The notes under the pieces: generated by a model
Database searches by the model: none
Told to the model about the DNA's origin: nothing
What the model saw: only the letters and a program-made list of their open reading frames with translations
Shown here: piece by piece, positions 47,190-56,456 of the stretch
Layout of the letters: the number at the start of each line of letters is the position of its first letter
Numbering within the stretch: the stretch's first letter is position 1
Made by a program: the position numbers and the translations under genes
Source of the DNA: Angustibacter luteus
Lineage (GTDB): Bacteria > Actinomycetota > Actinomycetes > Actinomycetales > Angustibacteraceae
DNA length: 64,000 nucleotides
Direction: 5' to 3'
Assembly (NCBI RefSeq): GCF_039541115.1
Contig: NZ_BAABFP010000004.1
Coordinates: 62,001-126,000, forward strand

Positions 47190-48101
47190 CTAGCCGAGCT
47201 GCGGCGCGACCTCGCTCGCGACGAGGTCGAGGTGGTCCAGGTCCGCCAGGTCCAGCACCTGCAGGTAGAACCGCGTGGCGCCGATCTCGGCGAACTCGCC
47301 GATCCGCGCGACCACCTCGTCGGGGGTGCCGGCGATCGCGTTGGCTCGCAGGTCGTCCAGGTCGCGGCCGATCGCCTCGGCCCGGCGGGTCAGCTCGGCC
47401 TCGTCGCGCCCCACGCAGATCGGGTGCGCGACGGACAGCACGAGCTCGCTCCCGGTCGCCTCGCTGGCGGCGCGGACCCGGTCGAACGAGGCAGCGGTGT
47501 CGGCCACCGAGGAGAAGCCGCGGTTGAACTCGTGCGCGTAGGTGGCGGCGAGCCGCGGCGTCTTCTTCGCGCCACCGCCGCCGATGATGATGGGCAGCGG
47601 CGACTGCACAGGGCGGGTCAGGGCCGGGTTGGCGCTCAGCTGGTAGTGCTCGCCGACGAAGTCGAACGGGCCGTCGCTGTTCCACAGGCCCTGGACGATC
47701 TGCAGCTGCTCCTCGAAGCGGTCGAACCGCTCGCCGACCGTGCCGAACGGCAGCCCGAACGCCCGGTGCTCGGCCTCGTACCAGCCGGTGCCCAGACCGA
47801 GCTCGACGCGGCCGCCGCTCATCTGGTCCACCTGCGCCACGCTCACCGCGAGCAGCGCCGGGTGCCGGAACGTCGCGGAGCTGACCAGGGTGCCGAGCCG
47901 GATCCGGGTGGTCTCGCGCGCTAGGCCGGCCAGGGTCACCCACGAGTCGGAGGGCCCGGGCTCGCCGTCCACGCCCATCGCCAGGAAGTGGTCGCTGCGG
48001 AAGAAGGCGTCGAAGCCGGCGTCCTCGGCGTGGCGGGCGACGGCCAGCTGGTCGTCGTACGACGCGCCCTGCTGGGGCTCGGTGAAGATGCGCAGGTCCA
48101 T
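47190..48101 (-). CDS. LLM-class (F420-dependent type) oxidoreductase
   Basis: MDLRIFTEPQQG, FFRSDH, GRVELGLGTGW. Confidence 0.92.
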   Translation of the reverse strand: MDLRIFTEPQQGASYDDQLAVARHAEDAGFDAFFRSDHFLAMGVDGEPGPSDSWVTLAGLARETTRIRLGTLVSSATFRHPALLAVSVAQVDQMSGGRVELGLGTGWYEAEHRAFGLPFGTVGERFDRFEEQLQIVQGLWNSDGPFDFVGEHYQLSANPALTRPVQSPLPIIIGGGGAKKTPRLAATYAHEFNRGFSSVADTAASFDRVRAASEATGSELVLSVAHPICVGRDEAELTRRAEAIGRDLDDLRANAIAGTPDEVVARIGEFAEIGATRFYLQVLDLADLDHLDLVASEVAPQLG

Positions 48102-48111
48102 GCGCCTCACG

Positions 48112-48234
48112 TTAGCCGCGCAGGTACATGTACCCGACCATCAGGATGGCGACCACGACCGCGCCGAGCAGCAGGGCTGCTCCGGCGTCGCGCTGGTGCT
48201 CGCGCTCGTTCTGGGGCTGGTGCTCGTTGCTCAT
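48112..48234 (-). CDS. putative 40-aa single-TM small protein
   Basis: MSNEHQPQNEREHQRDAGAALLLGAVVVAILMVGYMYLRG; GGGAG upstream. Confidence 0.55.
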   Translation of the reverse strand: MSNEHQPQNEREHQRDAGAALLLGAVVVAILMVGYMYLRG

Positions 48235-48328
48235 GGGGACTCCCGAGATCGTCGGAACGTCCACCCCCGCTGACCTACGGGACCGTAACCTACTCCGAGT
48301 AAGGTCGTCAAGTGCCACCATGCACCCC

Positions 48329-48964
48329 ATGAGCGACGAGCACCCCCACGACACCGACGTCCTGGACGAGCGCACGCCGCTCGACCTGCTGGTCTGGGAC
48401 GCGCCCAACATCGACATGACCCTCTCGAACGTGATCGGCGCCAAACCGTCCCCCGCGTCACGGCCGCGGTTCGACGCGATCGCCCGCTGGTTCGTCACCA
48501 CGGCCGAGGACCGGGACGTCGAGGGCAGCGTCTTCGCCAACATCCCGCCCGCCACGGCCACCGGGATGCGCGGCTGGATCGAGGCGATCCGCTCGTTCGG
48601 CTACGCCGTGTTCGCCAAGCCCAAGCTGCACCCGGACGACGACGTCGACCTCAACATGCTCGAGCACATCGCCGACCGGGCCGCCCAGCGCCGGCTCACC
48701 CGGCTGATCGTGGCCAGCGGCGACGGGCGGAACTTCCTCGAACCGCTCGAGGACCTGGCCCGCTCAGGGGTGCAGGTCGTCGTCCTGTCGTTCAGCGAGG
48801 TCGCGGGCTACGCGATGGAGTCCGACCTGCTGACGTTCCTCGACCTCGAGGACGTGCCAGGCGCCTTCGTCACCCCGCTCGAGCGGGTCCGGCTGGACGC
48901 GCTGCCCGCCGAGGGTGCCTGGCTGCGGCCGAGCCGGTCGATGCGCGAGGTCGCCTCCGGGTGA
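48329..48964 (+). CDS. NYN/LabA (PIN-like) domain protein
   Basis: VWDAPNIDM, DDDVD, VASGDG. Confidence 0.88.
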   Translation: MSDEHPHDTDVLDERTPLDLLVWDAPNIDMTLSNVIGAKPSPASRPRFDAIARWFVTTAEDRDVEGSVFANIPPATATGMRGWIEAIRSFGYAVFAKPKLHPDDDVDLNMLEHIADRAAQRRLTRLIVASGDGRNFLEPLEDLARSGVQVVVLSFSEVAGYAMESDLLTFLDLEDVPGAFVTPLERVRLDALPAEGAWLRPSRSMREVASG

Positions 48965-49154
48965 GCCGTCCGGGCGGCGCGCGCGGCGCCTCAGACCCCT
49001 TCGGCGGGCGCTGGCCTACTCTGGTACGAGCCGTACGCGGCCCGACCGAGAGGCTCTGCCCATCACCGAGACGACTCGTCGCGCCGCTCGACCAGCGGCG
49101 CGGGCACCGCAGCCCCGGGCGTCGTCCCACCGACGCCGGGGGCCGTCCGCACGT

Positions 49155-49940
49155 GTGCGCCGGCGGCGCACGCTGCTGGCGGCCCTGCTGCTCGGGGTGA
49201 CCGGGCTGGCGGTGACGATGGCCATCAAGGGCGACCCCGGGGACGCCGGGCGCAAGGCTGCCGCCGCGTCCCTGCCCGACGGCGGGGGCGGCGGTCTGGA
49301 CCCGACGGGCGCGCCGAGCGCGAGCGCCAGCCCGACGACGTCCGGCTCCCGGGTCGTGACGCAGCCAAAGCTGCTCGGTGAGGTCGCGTCCCTCGGCCCG
49401 CGCACCCTGGAGACCGTGCCAGCGGGCACGACCAAGGCGGTGGTGGTGCGCGGCGACGGGTCGACGTCCCCGACCGCGACCATCGAGCTGTACGCACTGA
49501 CCAAGGGCGCCTGGAAGAAGCAGGCGAGCTGGCGCGGCCACCTCGGCGCCAAGGGCTGGACGAACGACCACCACGAGGGCGACCTGCGCACGCCCGCCGG
49601 TACGTACACCCTCAGCGACGCCGGCGGTCTGCTGGCCGACCCGGGCACCAAGCTGCCGTACCACCGCTCCAGCCACTTCGTGCCGACCGGGTCCAGCGTC
49701 TTCGGCGACTCGCTCGCCGGCAGCTTCGACTACGTGATCGCCATCGACTTCAACCGGCGCACCGGCGTCTCACCGCTGGACAGCACGCACCCGGACGGCA
49801 ACGCGCGGGGCGGCGGGATCTGGCTGCACGTGGACCACGACGGTCCGACCCACGGGTGCGTGTCCGTGCCGCGCGAGGGGATGAAGGCCCTGCTGCGGGC
49901 CCTGTCCCCGCAGGACAAGCCCATCGTGGTCATGGGGGAC
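49155..49940 (+). CDS. L,D-transpeptidase-like (YkuD) secreted protein; start uncertain, 3' end in the gap
   Basis: Signal/TM segment, EGDLRTPAG, GGGIWLHVDHDGPTHGCV. Confidence 0.85.
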
Positions 49941-50004
49941 ANNNNNNNNNNNNNNNNNNNNNNNNNNNNNNNNNNNNNNNNNNNNNNNNNNNNNNNNNNN
50001 NNNN
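49941..50004. other. assembly gap (N run)
   Basis: 64 consecutive n characters. Confidence 1.
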
Positions 50005-50100
50005 TCCGCCACCCAACCCGGTTTCCGCCACCCAGCCCGGTTCTGCGAGCAGAAAGCCGGCCTCAGCGGCGGAAACTGGCCTGAGTGGCGGAAGTGGGGG
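50005..50100. repeat. composite tandem + inverted repeat next to the gap
   Basis: 19-bp units (TT)TCCGCCACCCA(A/G)CCCGG mirrored by ...(C/T)GGCGGAA units around TTCTGC-GA-GCAGAA. Confidence 0.75.
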
Positions 50101-50108
50101 TAGGCGCC

Positions 50109-50783
50109 TCAGGGGGTGGTGGTGCCGTGCAGGGCCAGGGCGTACTTGCGGAACGCCCGCTTCGACAGCGGCGGCACGATCAGCCGCAGCAGCCTCGGCG
50201 CGTTGGCGACCAGCTCCGCCACGACCTCCGGGTCGCCCTCGTACTCGATCATCCCGAGGATCAGCGGCAGCTGCCGCTTGGGGTGCTCCCCCGTCGCGAC
50301 CTCGCCGACGCGCTTCCACTCGGCCACGGTCAGGCAGCTGGCGGCGAGCGGCAGGATGCGGGTCTCCTCCGCCTCCATGTGCTCGTGCAACCCGACGTAG
50401 AGCTCGGCGAGCAGCGCGGCCAACCGGTCCCGGTCGGTGGCCGACGCCGTCCGCGTCCACGGGGGCACCAGCGCGTTGATCTGCTGCAGCAGCTCGTCGA
50501 CGCGCTCGTGCTGGGCCTCCATCAGCTCGACCAGCGGAGCCAGCTCGTCCGGCACCCGCTCGACGAGCACGGGCCAGAGCACCTCGTCCTCGGCGCTGTG
50601 GTGGTGGTGCAGGAACTCGGACATGAAGTCCAGGTGCTGCCCGACCAGCGCGGCGCGCTGGACGTCGCCGGCGGCGACCCGCTCCACGAGGCCCGGCGCC
50701 AACCGGAACTCGCGTCGCAGGAAGCGGTGCACGGTGACCATGTCCCGGGTGTCCGGGCGCTCGGTCGTGTCGATGGCGGTCAT
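50109..50783 (-). CDS. hemerythrin (HHE) domain protein
   Basis: MVTVHRFLRRE, HHHSAED, MEAQH, HMEAEE. Confidence 0.92.
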   Translation of the reverse strand: MTAIDTTERPDTRDMVTVHRFLRREFRLAPGLVERVAAGDVQRAALVGQHLDFMSEFLHHHHSAEDEVLWPVLVERVPDELAPLVELMEAQHERVDELLQQINALVPPWTRTASATDRDRLAALLAELYVGLHEHMEAEETRILPLAASCLTVAEWKRVGEVATGEHPKRQLPLILGMIEYEGDPEVVAELVANAPRLLRLIVPPLSKRAFRKYALALHGTTTP

Positions 50784-52912
50784 GACATCTCCTCTGCGAG
50801 AACGAGTTCACGGGTGGGGGTTTCAGCAGGAGCGGTGGGGCGCGGACGACGTCCGGGCAGCCACCAGGTGGCGGGACCCATGAGGGTCATCACGGCGGGC
50901 ACCAGCACCAGGCGGACGATGGTGGCGTCCACCAGGACGGCGACGGCCAGGCCGGTGCCGATCATCTTCACCGCCACCGAGTCGTCCATCGCGAAGCCCG
51001 CGAAGACGGCGACCATGATCACCGCGGCCGAGCTGATCACCCGGGCGGTGGAGGACAACCCGGCGACCACGCTGCCCTTGACGTCGTGGCTGCGGTCCCA
51101 CTCCTCCTTGATCCGGCCGAGCAGGAACACCTCGTAGTCCATGCTGAGCCCGAACAGGATCGCGAACATGAAGAGCGGCACGAACGCGTTGACCGGCACC
51201 GCCTTCTCCAGCCCGAGGAACGACGTCCCCCAGCCCCACTGGAACAGCGCGGTGATCGCGCCGTACGCGGCGGCCACCGACAGCAGGTTCATCAGCGCGG
51301 CCTTCAGCGGTGCGACGATCGAGCGCAGCAGCAGGCAGAGCAGCAGGAACGACGCCGCCACCACGACCACGATGACCCGCAGCAGGTGCTCCTGCACGAA
51401 GTCGTTGAAGTCGATGAAGCCCGCGGTGGGCCCGGTGAGCGAGATCGAGTCCGGCAGGTCCGCCCGCAGGGTGGTGACCAGCTCGGACGTCGCCGCCGCC
51501 TGCGGTCCGGACGACGGCACCACCGTGACGACGGCCGTGTCACCGTGCGCGTCGAGCACCGGGGCGCCGACGGCCACGACGCCGGGGTAGCTGGCGAGCT
51601 GCGCGGCGAGCGCCGTAGGCGCCGGTGCGCCCGAGACGGTCAGGTCCTCCACCACCACCAGCGGACCGTTCGAGCCCGGCCCGAACGCGGCGTCCACGAT
51701 GTCGTACGCCCGACGCGTCGTGCTGGACGTCGACTCGCTGCTCGCGTCGCTCTGGCCGAGGTGCATGCCCAGGACCGGCGCTGCCAGCGCGAGCAGGACG
51801 GCCAGGCTCGCCGCGGCATAGCGCCACGGGTGCTTGACGGCCTGCACGGCCCAGCGGTGCGCGATCGTCGGGCGCGTCCGGACGACGACGGCGGGCTCGC
51901 CGGCGGCGATCCGGCGACGCGTACGCCGGCCCAGCACGCGCTGACCGGCCAGGCCGAGCAGCGCGGGCAGCAGGGTGGTCGCGGCGACGACGCTGACCGC
52001 CACGACCAGGCCGGTCGCGACGCCCATCAGCATGAAGTTGGGCAGCCCGCTGACGACCAGGCCACTCAGCGCCACCAGCACGGTGCAGCCGGCGACCACG
52101 ACGGAGCGTCCGGCGGTCGAGACCGCAGCAGCGGCCGACTCGACGACCGACTCACCGGCCAGCAGGTGCTGACGGTGCCGGTCCACGATGAACAGGGCGT
52201 AGTCGATGCCCACGCCGATACCGACCATCGCGGCCACGGTCGGGGTGATGGTGCTGATCTTGGTGCTGCCGGCCAGCACGGTCACCAACCCCATGCCGAC
52301 GCCGAGCCCGGCGAGTGCGATCAGCAGCGGCAGCCCGGCCGCGAGCAGCGACCCGAACGCCAGCACCAGGATCACCGCAGCGACGGCGATGCCGATCATC
52401 TCGGAGTTGCCGCCCGGCGCGATCTGGTCGGGCACCTCGCCGCCGAGCTCGGTCTGCAGACCGGCGTCGCGCGCCGGTGCAGCCGCGTCGTCCAGCGCTG
52501 CGTTCGCGGCGGGCGGGTCGACGTCCGTGACCGGGGCGTCGTACTGCACGGACAGCACGGCGGTGCGGCCGTCCGCGCTGGTCTGCGCGGGCTCGACGAG
52601 GCTGACGTGCGGCAGCGTCTGGAGCTGGCCGGTGACGGCCGCGACCGTGGTCGGCGCGACGGTCCCGCTGTCGCCGTCCGGCACGTGCAGCACGACGCGG
52701 GCACTGGTGCCGGACCGCTCGGGGAAGCGCTCCTTCAGCAGGTCGGCGGCATGCTGGGAGTCCTTGCCGGGCAGGGTGTAGTCGTCGACGAGGGGGCCGC
52801 CGAGGGTCGTCGCGAGCGCGGCGACGACTGCGGCGGCGCCGAGCCATCCGGCGATCGTGCGCCAGGGGTGAGCCGCCGTGGCGGCGCCGACCCGGTGCAA
52901 CAGGCTGGTCAT
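50780..52912 (-). CDS. MMPL/RND-family transporter
   Basis: GIGVGIDYALFI, TAGRSV, FGLSMDYEVFLL, LVDATIVRLVLVPA; SD GGAGG. Confidence 0.94.
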   Translation of the reverse strand: MTSLLHRVGAATAAHPWRTIAGWLGAAAVVAALATTLGGPLVDDYTLPGKDSQHAADLLKERFPERSGTSARVVLHVPDGDSGTVAPTTVAAVTGQLQTLPHVSLVEPAQTSADGRTAVLSVQYDAPVTDVDPPAANAALDDAAAPARDAGLQTELGGEVPDQIAPGGNSEMIGIAVAAVILVLAFGSLLAAGLPLLIALAGLGVGMGLVTVLAGSTKISTITPTVAAMVGIGVGIDYALFIVDRHRQHLLAGESVVESAAAAVSTAGRSVVVAGCTVLVALSGLVVSGLPNFMLMGVATGLVVAVSVVAATTLLPALLGLAGQRVLGRRTRRRIAAGEPAVVVRTRPTIAHRWAVQAVKHPWRYAAASLAVLLALAAPVLGMHLGQSDASSESTSSTTRRAYDIVDAAFGPGSNGPLVVVEDLTVSGAPAPTALAAQLASYPGVVAVGAPVLDAHGDTAVVTVVPSSGPQAAATSELVTTLRADLPDSISLTGPTAGFIDFNDFVQEHLLRVIVVVVAASFLLLCLLLRSIVAPLKAALMNLLSVAAAYGAITALFQWGWGTSFLGLEKAVPVNAFVPLFMFAILFGLSMDYEVFLLGRIKEEWDRSHDVKGSVVAGLSSTARVISSAAVIMVAVFAGFAMDDSVAVKMIGTGLAVAVLVDATIVRLVLVPAVMTLMGPATWWLPGRRPRPTAPAETPTRELVLAEEMS

Positions 52913-52973
52913 CTGGTCCTCCGTGGATCTGGGTGCCGCACGGTGCGGCCTGATCCGAGGGTGGGGGCGGCCC

Positions 52974-53002
52974 CTTGCCTGCCACTTGGATCCTTCTTGG
53001 AC
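52974..53002 (-). promoter_or_regulatory. SARP-type direct repeats with 11-bp period
   Basis: CTTG at 52974, 52985 and 52996 (minus strand TCCAAG-N5-TCCAAG-N5-GGCAAG). Confidence 0.7.
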
Positions 53003-53050
53003 GGGAAAAGGACGCTGCCGAGCACGGGGTCGCGGCTCTAGGCTGCGCGC

Positions 53051-56000
53051 GTGCAGGTGCACGTGCTGGGACCGCTCGAGGTGGTCCGCGACGGCCACCA
53101 GGTCGACCTCGGTGGCCGAAAGCAGCGCGCGCTGCTCGGCCTGCTGGTGGCCGCGAACGGACGCCCGGTCTCGGTGGAGCGGCTCGTCGACCAGCTCTGG
53201 GACGACGACCCGCCGGCCAAGGTGATGGCGTCGCTGCAGGCCTACGTGGCCAACCTGCGCCGACTCCTCGAGCCTGAGCGTGAGGCTCGTGCCCCGGCGT
53301 CCGTGCTGGTCACCCGCGCGCCCGGCTACGCGCTCGTCGTCCCGGCCGGTGCGGTGGACGCCGAGGCCTTCGCCCGGGAGGCGGCGCAGGGTCGCGAGCT
53401 CGTTGGGTCCGATCCGGGCCGGGCGCGCGACCTGCTGGTCACCGCGCTGTCCCGCTGGCGCGGCGACGCGTACGCCGACCTGTCGTCCGTGCCGGCGCTG
53501 GGCGCGGAGGCCCAGCGGCTGGCCAGCCTGCGGCTCGGTGTCATCGAGGACCGGTGGGGCGCCGAGCTGGCGGCCGGCGCGGCGGCGTCCGCGGTGCCAG
53601 AGCTCGAGGCGCTGGTCGCCGAGCACCCGGTGCGCGAGCGGCTGTGGGAGCTGCTGGCCCGCGCCCTGTACGCCACGCAGCGCCAGGCAGAGGCGCTGCA
53701 GGCCCTGCGTCGCGCCCGGCACTACCTGGTGGACGAGCTCGGTCTGGACCCCAGCCCCCAGCTGCGCCGCCTCGAGGAGGCCGTGCTGGCGCAGGACGCC
53801 TCGCTGGAGCCCGGCACCGGGCCGGTCCCGGTGCCGGGCGAACCCGGCCGCGCGGTCCTCGCCGACCGGGCCACCGACGGGGACGTGGCGCTCGGCCTGG
53901 TCGGTCGGACGGCGGCACTGGACGCCCTCGACGACGTGCTGGCCCGGGCCCGCAGCGGCCACGGCCGGCTCGTGCTGGTCAGCGGGGAGCCGGGGATCGG
54001 CAAGACCCGGCTGGCGGAGACGGCCGTGGCCCGCGCGCTCGCCGGCGGCATGCGCTGCGGCTGGGGCGGGTGGGACGCCGAGGACGGCACGCCGGCCCTG
54101 CGCCCGTGGGCGAGCGCGCTCGAGGACCTCGGCGTCCAGCTGCCCGACCTCACGACCGGGCCGTCGCAGACGCTCGACGGCGAGTCGTCCACGTTCCAGC
54201 TGGCCGACTCGGTGGCGGCGACGCTCCAGGCGATCGGCTCGCCGACCGGCAGCCTGCTGGTGCTGGACGACCTGCACTGGGCCGACCCGGACAGCCTGCG
54301 GCTGCTGCGCCGCCTCGCCGCGCTGCTGCCGGACCTGCCCGCCGTGGTGGTCGCGACCACGCGGACCGCCGAGGCCGAGATCTCCCCCTCGCTCGCCCAG
54401 ACGCTGGCGTCGCTGGCCCGCACCGACCCGCTGCGGATCCCGCTCGACGGGCTGGACGTCCACGACGTCGCCGCCTACGTGCGCGACCGCACCGGGGTGG
54501 ACGTCGACGACGCGATGGCGGCGGCGGTCGCCGAGCGCACCGACGGCAACCCCTTCTACGTCAGCGAGCTGGTCCGGCTGCTGGCCAGCGAGGGGGTCCT
54601 CACGGACCTGGCCGCCGCGCGTCGGCTGGACGTCCCGCACGGGGTCCGGGACGTCGTCCGGCTGCGTCTGGCGCAGCTGCCCGAGGGCAGCGAGGCCGTG
54701 CTGGCCACGGCCGCGGTGGTCGGTCGCTCGTTCGACCTGGACGTCGTCGAGGACGCCGCGCAGTCCAGCCCGGACGACACGGACGCCGTCATCGAGGCGG
54801 CGCTGATGTCCGGCCTGGTCGAGGAGGACCCGCGCACGCCCGGTCGCTACCGGTTCGCGCACGCCCTGGTGCGCGAGAGCGTGTACGGCTGGGCGGCGGG
54901 GCCGCGGCGGGCCCGGACGCACGCCCGGGTCGCGCAGGCGCTGGAGCGCCGCCGGGTCGGGCACATCGACGCGCACCTGTCCGAGCTCGCCCAGCACTAC
55001 CACCTGGCCGGCCCGACGCACGCCCGGTCGGCGTGGACCTTCGCGGCCCGCGCCGCCACCCTCGCCGAGCAGCAGACCGCGTACGACGAGTCCGCCCGCT
55101 TGTACGAGATCGCGCTGGACGCCGTCGCCGCGGACCCGTTGGCCACCGGGCCGGAGCGCTACCGCCTGCTGTGCGGTCTCGGAAAGGCCCGGCACCGGAT
55201 GAGCCGGGTGGCCGAGGCCTGGGAGCCCCTGGAGCAGGCCGCCGAGCTCGCCCTGTCCGAGGGCGACGCCGCGGCGGCGGCGCGCGCCGCGCTGCTGATC
55301 ACCGACCACGCGGTCTGGACCTGGCGCGGCTACCAGCAGCCGCACCCGGCCGCGATCGCGCTGTGGCACCGGATCGAGCGCCAGCTGCCACCGAGCGAGG
55401 GTGAGCTGCGGGCCCGGGTCCTGGCGGCCCTCGCGATGGAGCAGCTCTTCCTGCCGGACACGGCGCAGGTGCGCTCGGCCCTGGTCGCCGAGGCGATGGA
55501 CCTCGCCCGGGCGCACTGCACCGAGGAGGGGCTGCAGTCGCTGCTGCACGTGGTGCACGTCGCGATCGAGCAGCCGGAGAACACGCACTGGCGCGACGAG
55601 ATCGGCGAGGAGCTGGTGGCCATCGCCGAGCGCCGCGGCGACCCGGGCGACCTGGCGCGGGCGCTGTGCGCGCGAGCGAGCACGTACGGCGAGCTCGCTC
55701 GCTGGACGGCGGCGCGCGACGACCTCACCCGGGCGCACGAGCTCGCCCGGCAGCACCACGAGGTGGCCTCGCGGCTGATCTCCGGCTGGGGGCTGTCCAT
55801 GATGCGGTTCGCGGAGGGGGACGTCGAGGGCGCCGAGGCCGGGCTGGTGCCGCTGGTCGCGTTGCAGGCCAGTGTCTCCATGCCTGGCGCGGGCCTGGAC
55901 CTGTGCCAGCTCGCGACGGCCCGCTACGCGGCGGGGCGCCTGCCAGAGCTCACGGACGTGTTCGCGAGCGCGATGCTGGTGGTGCCGGAGTTCCACGACC

Positions 56001-56413
56001 TGCACGCGCTGTCGCTGGCGCTGGGTGGTCGGGTGGACGAGGCGCGCGCGCTCATCGGTTCGTGGGCGAACCAGCCCCCACTGCACCGCGACTACCTGTG
56101 GGAGCTCCTGACCGTCGTCCGCGCACTGCTCTGGCTCGAGCTGGGCGACCGCGAGGCGCTGCACGCGCTGCGCGACGAGCTCGCGCCGTTCGCCGACCGG
56201 ATCACCGTGGGCGGGATGTCGGCCGGCAGCCTCGGGTCGGTGTCTCTCACGTTGGGCCGGCTCGAGCTCGCGCTCGGCGACACGGCAGCCGGCCTGACCC
56301 ACCTGCAGTCGGCCCTCGACGTCCACGAGCGGCTCGGGCTGGTGCCGTGGGCCGACCTCGCCCGCGACTGCCTCGCGGCGGCCCAGGTCACGACTGAGTC
56401 CGAGTTGTTCTGA
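53051..56413 (+). CDS. large SARP/AfsR-type regulator (OmpR-HTH + BTAD + AAA ATPase + TPR-like)
   Basis: VLGPLEV, KQRALL, HPVRERLW, GEPGIGKT, LDDLHWAD, GNPFYV. Confidence 0.94.
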   Translation: MQVHVLGPLEVVRDGHQVDLGGRKQRALLGLLVAANGRPVSVERLVDQLWDDDPPAKVMASLQAYVANLRRLLEPEREARAPASVLVTRAPGYALVVPAGAVDAEAFAREAAQGRELVGSDPGRARDLLVTALSRWRGDAYADLSSVPALGAEAQRLASLRLGVIEDRWGAELAAGAAASAVPELEALVAEHPVRERLWELLARALYATQRQAEALQALRRARHYLVDELGLDPSPQLRRLEEAVLAQDASLEPGTGPVPVPGEPGRAVLADRATDGDVALGLVGRTAALDALDDVLARARSGHGRLVLVSGEPGIGKTRLAETAVARALAGGMRCGWGGWDAEDGTPALRPWASALEDLGVQLPDLTTGPSQTLDGESSTFQLADSVAATLQAIGSPTGSLLVLDDLHWADPDSLRLLRRLAALLPDLPAVVVATTRTAEAEISPSLAQTLASLARTDPLRIPLDGLDVHDVAAYVRDRTGVDVDDAMAAAVAERTDGNPFYVSELVRLLASEGVLTDLAAARRLDVPHGVRDVVRLRLAQLPEGSEAVLATAAVVGRSFDLDVVEDAAQSSPDDTDAVIEAALMSGLVEEDPRTPGRYRFAHALVRESVYGWAAGPRRARTHARVAQALERRRVGHIDAHLSELAQHYHLAGPTHARSAWTFAARAATLAEQQTAYDESARLYEIALDAVAADPLATGPERYRLLCGLGKARHRMSRVAEAWEPLEQAAELALSEGDAAAAARAALLITDHAVWTWRGYQQPHPAAIALWHRIERQLPPSEGELRARVLAALAMEQLFLPDTAQVRSALVAEAMDLARAHCTEEGLQSLLHVVHVAIEQPENTHWRDEIGEELVAIAERRGDPGDLARALCARASTYGELARWTAARDDLTRAHELARQHHEVASRLISGWGLSMMRFAEGDVEGAEAGLVPLVALQASVSMPGAGLDLCQLATARYAAGRLPELTDVFASAMLVVPEFHDLHALSLALGGRVDEARALIGSWANQPPLHRDYLWELLTVVRALLWLELGDREALHALRDELAPFADRITVGGMSAGSLGSVSLTLGRLELALGDTAAGLTHLQSALDVHERLGLVPWADLARDCLAAAQVTTESELF

Positions 56414-56456
56414 GGCACGGGCTCAAGTGCCGCCGTGGACGTCCGACATCTGGCAG

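Noticed and set aside
50005..50100. CRISPR array
   Set aside because: Units are adjacent 19-mers without unique spacers, and there are no cas genes.
52913..56326. 1848-aa minus-strand ORF (50780-56326) as a giant MMPL fusion
   Set aside because: The N-terminal 1100+ aa is the antisense shadow of the SARP gene. The MMPL starts at 52912 after an SD.
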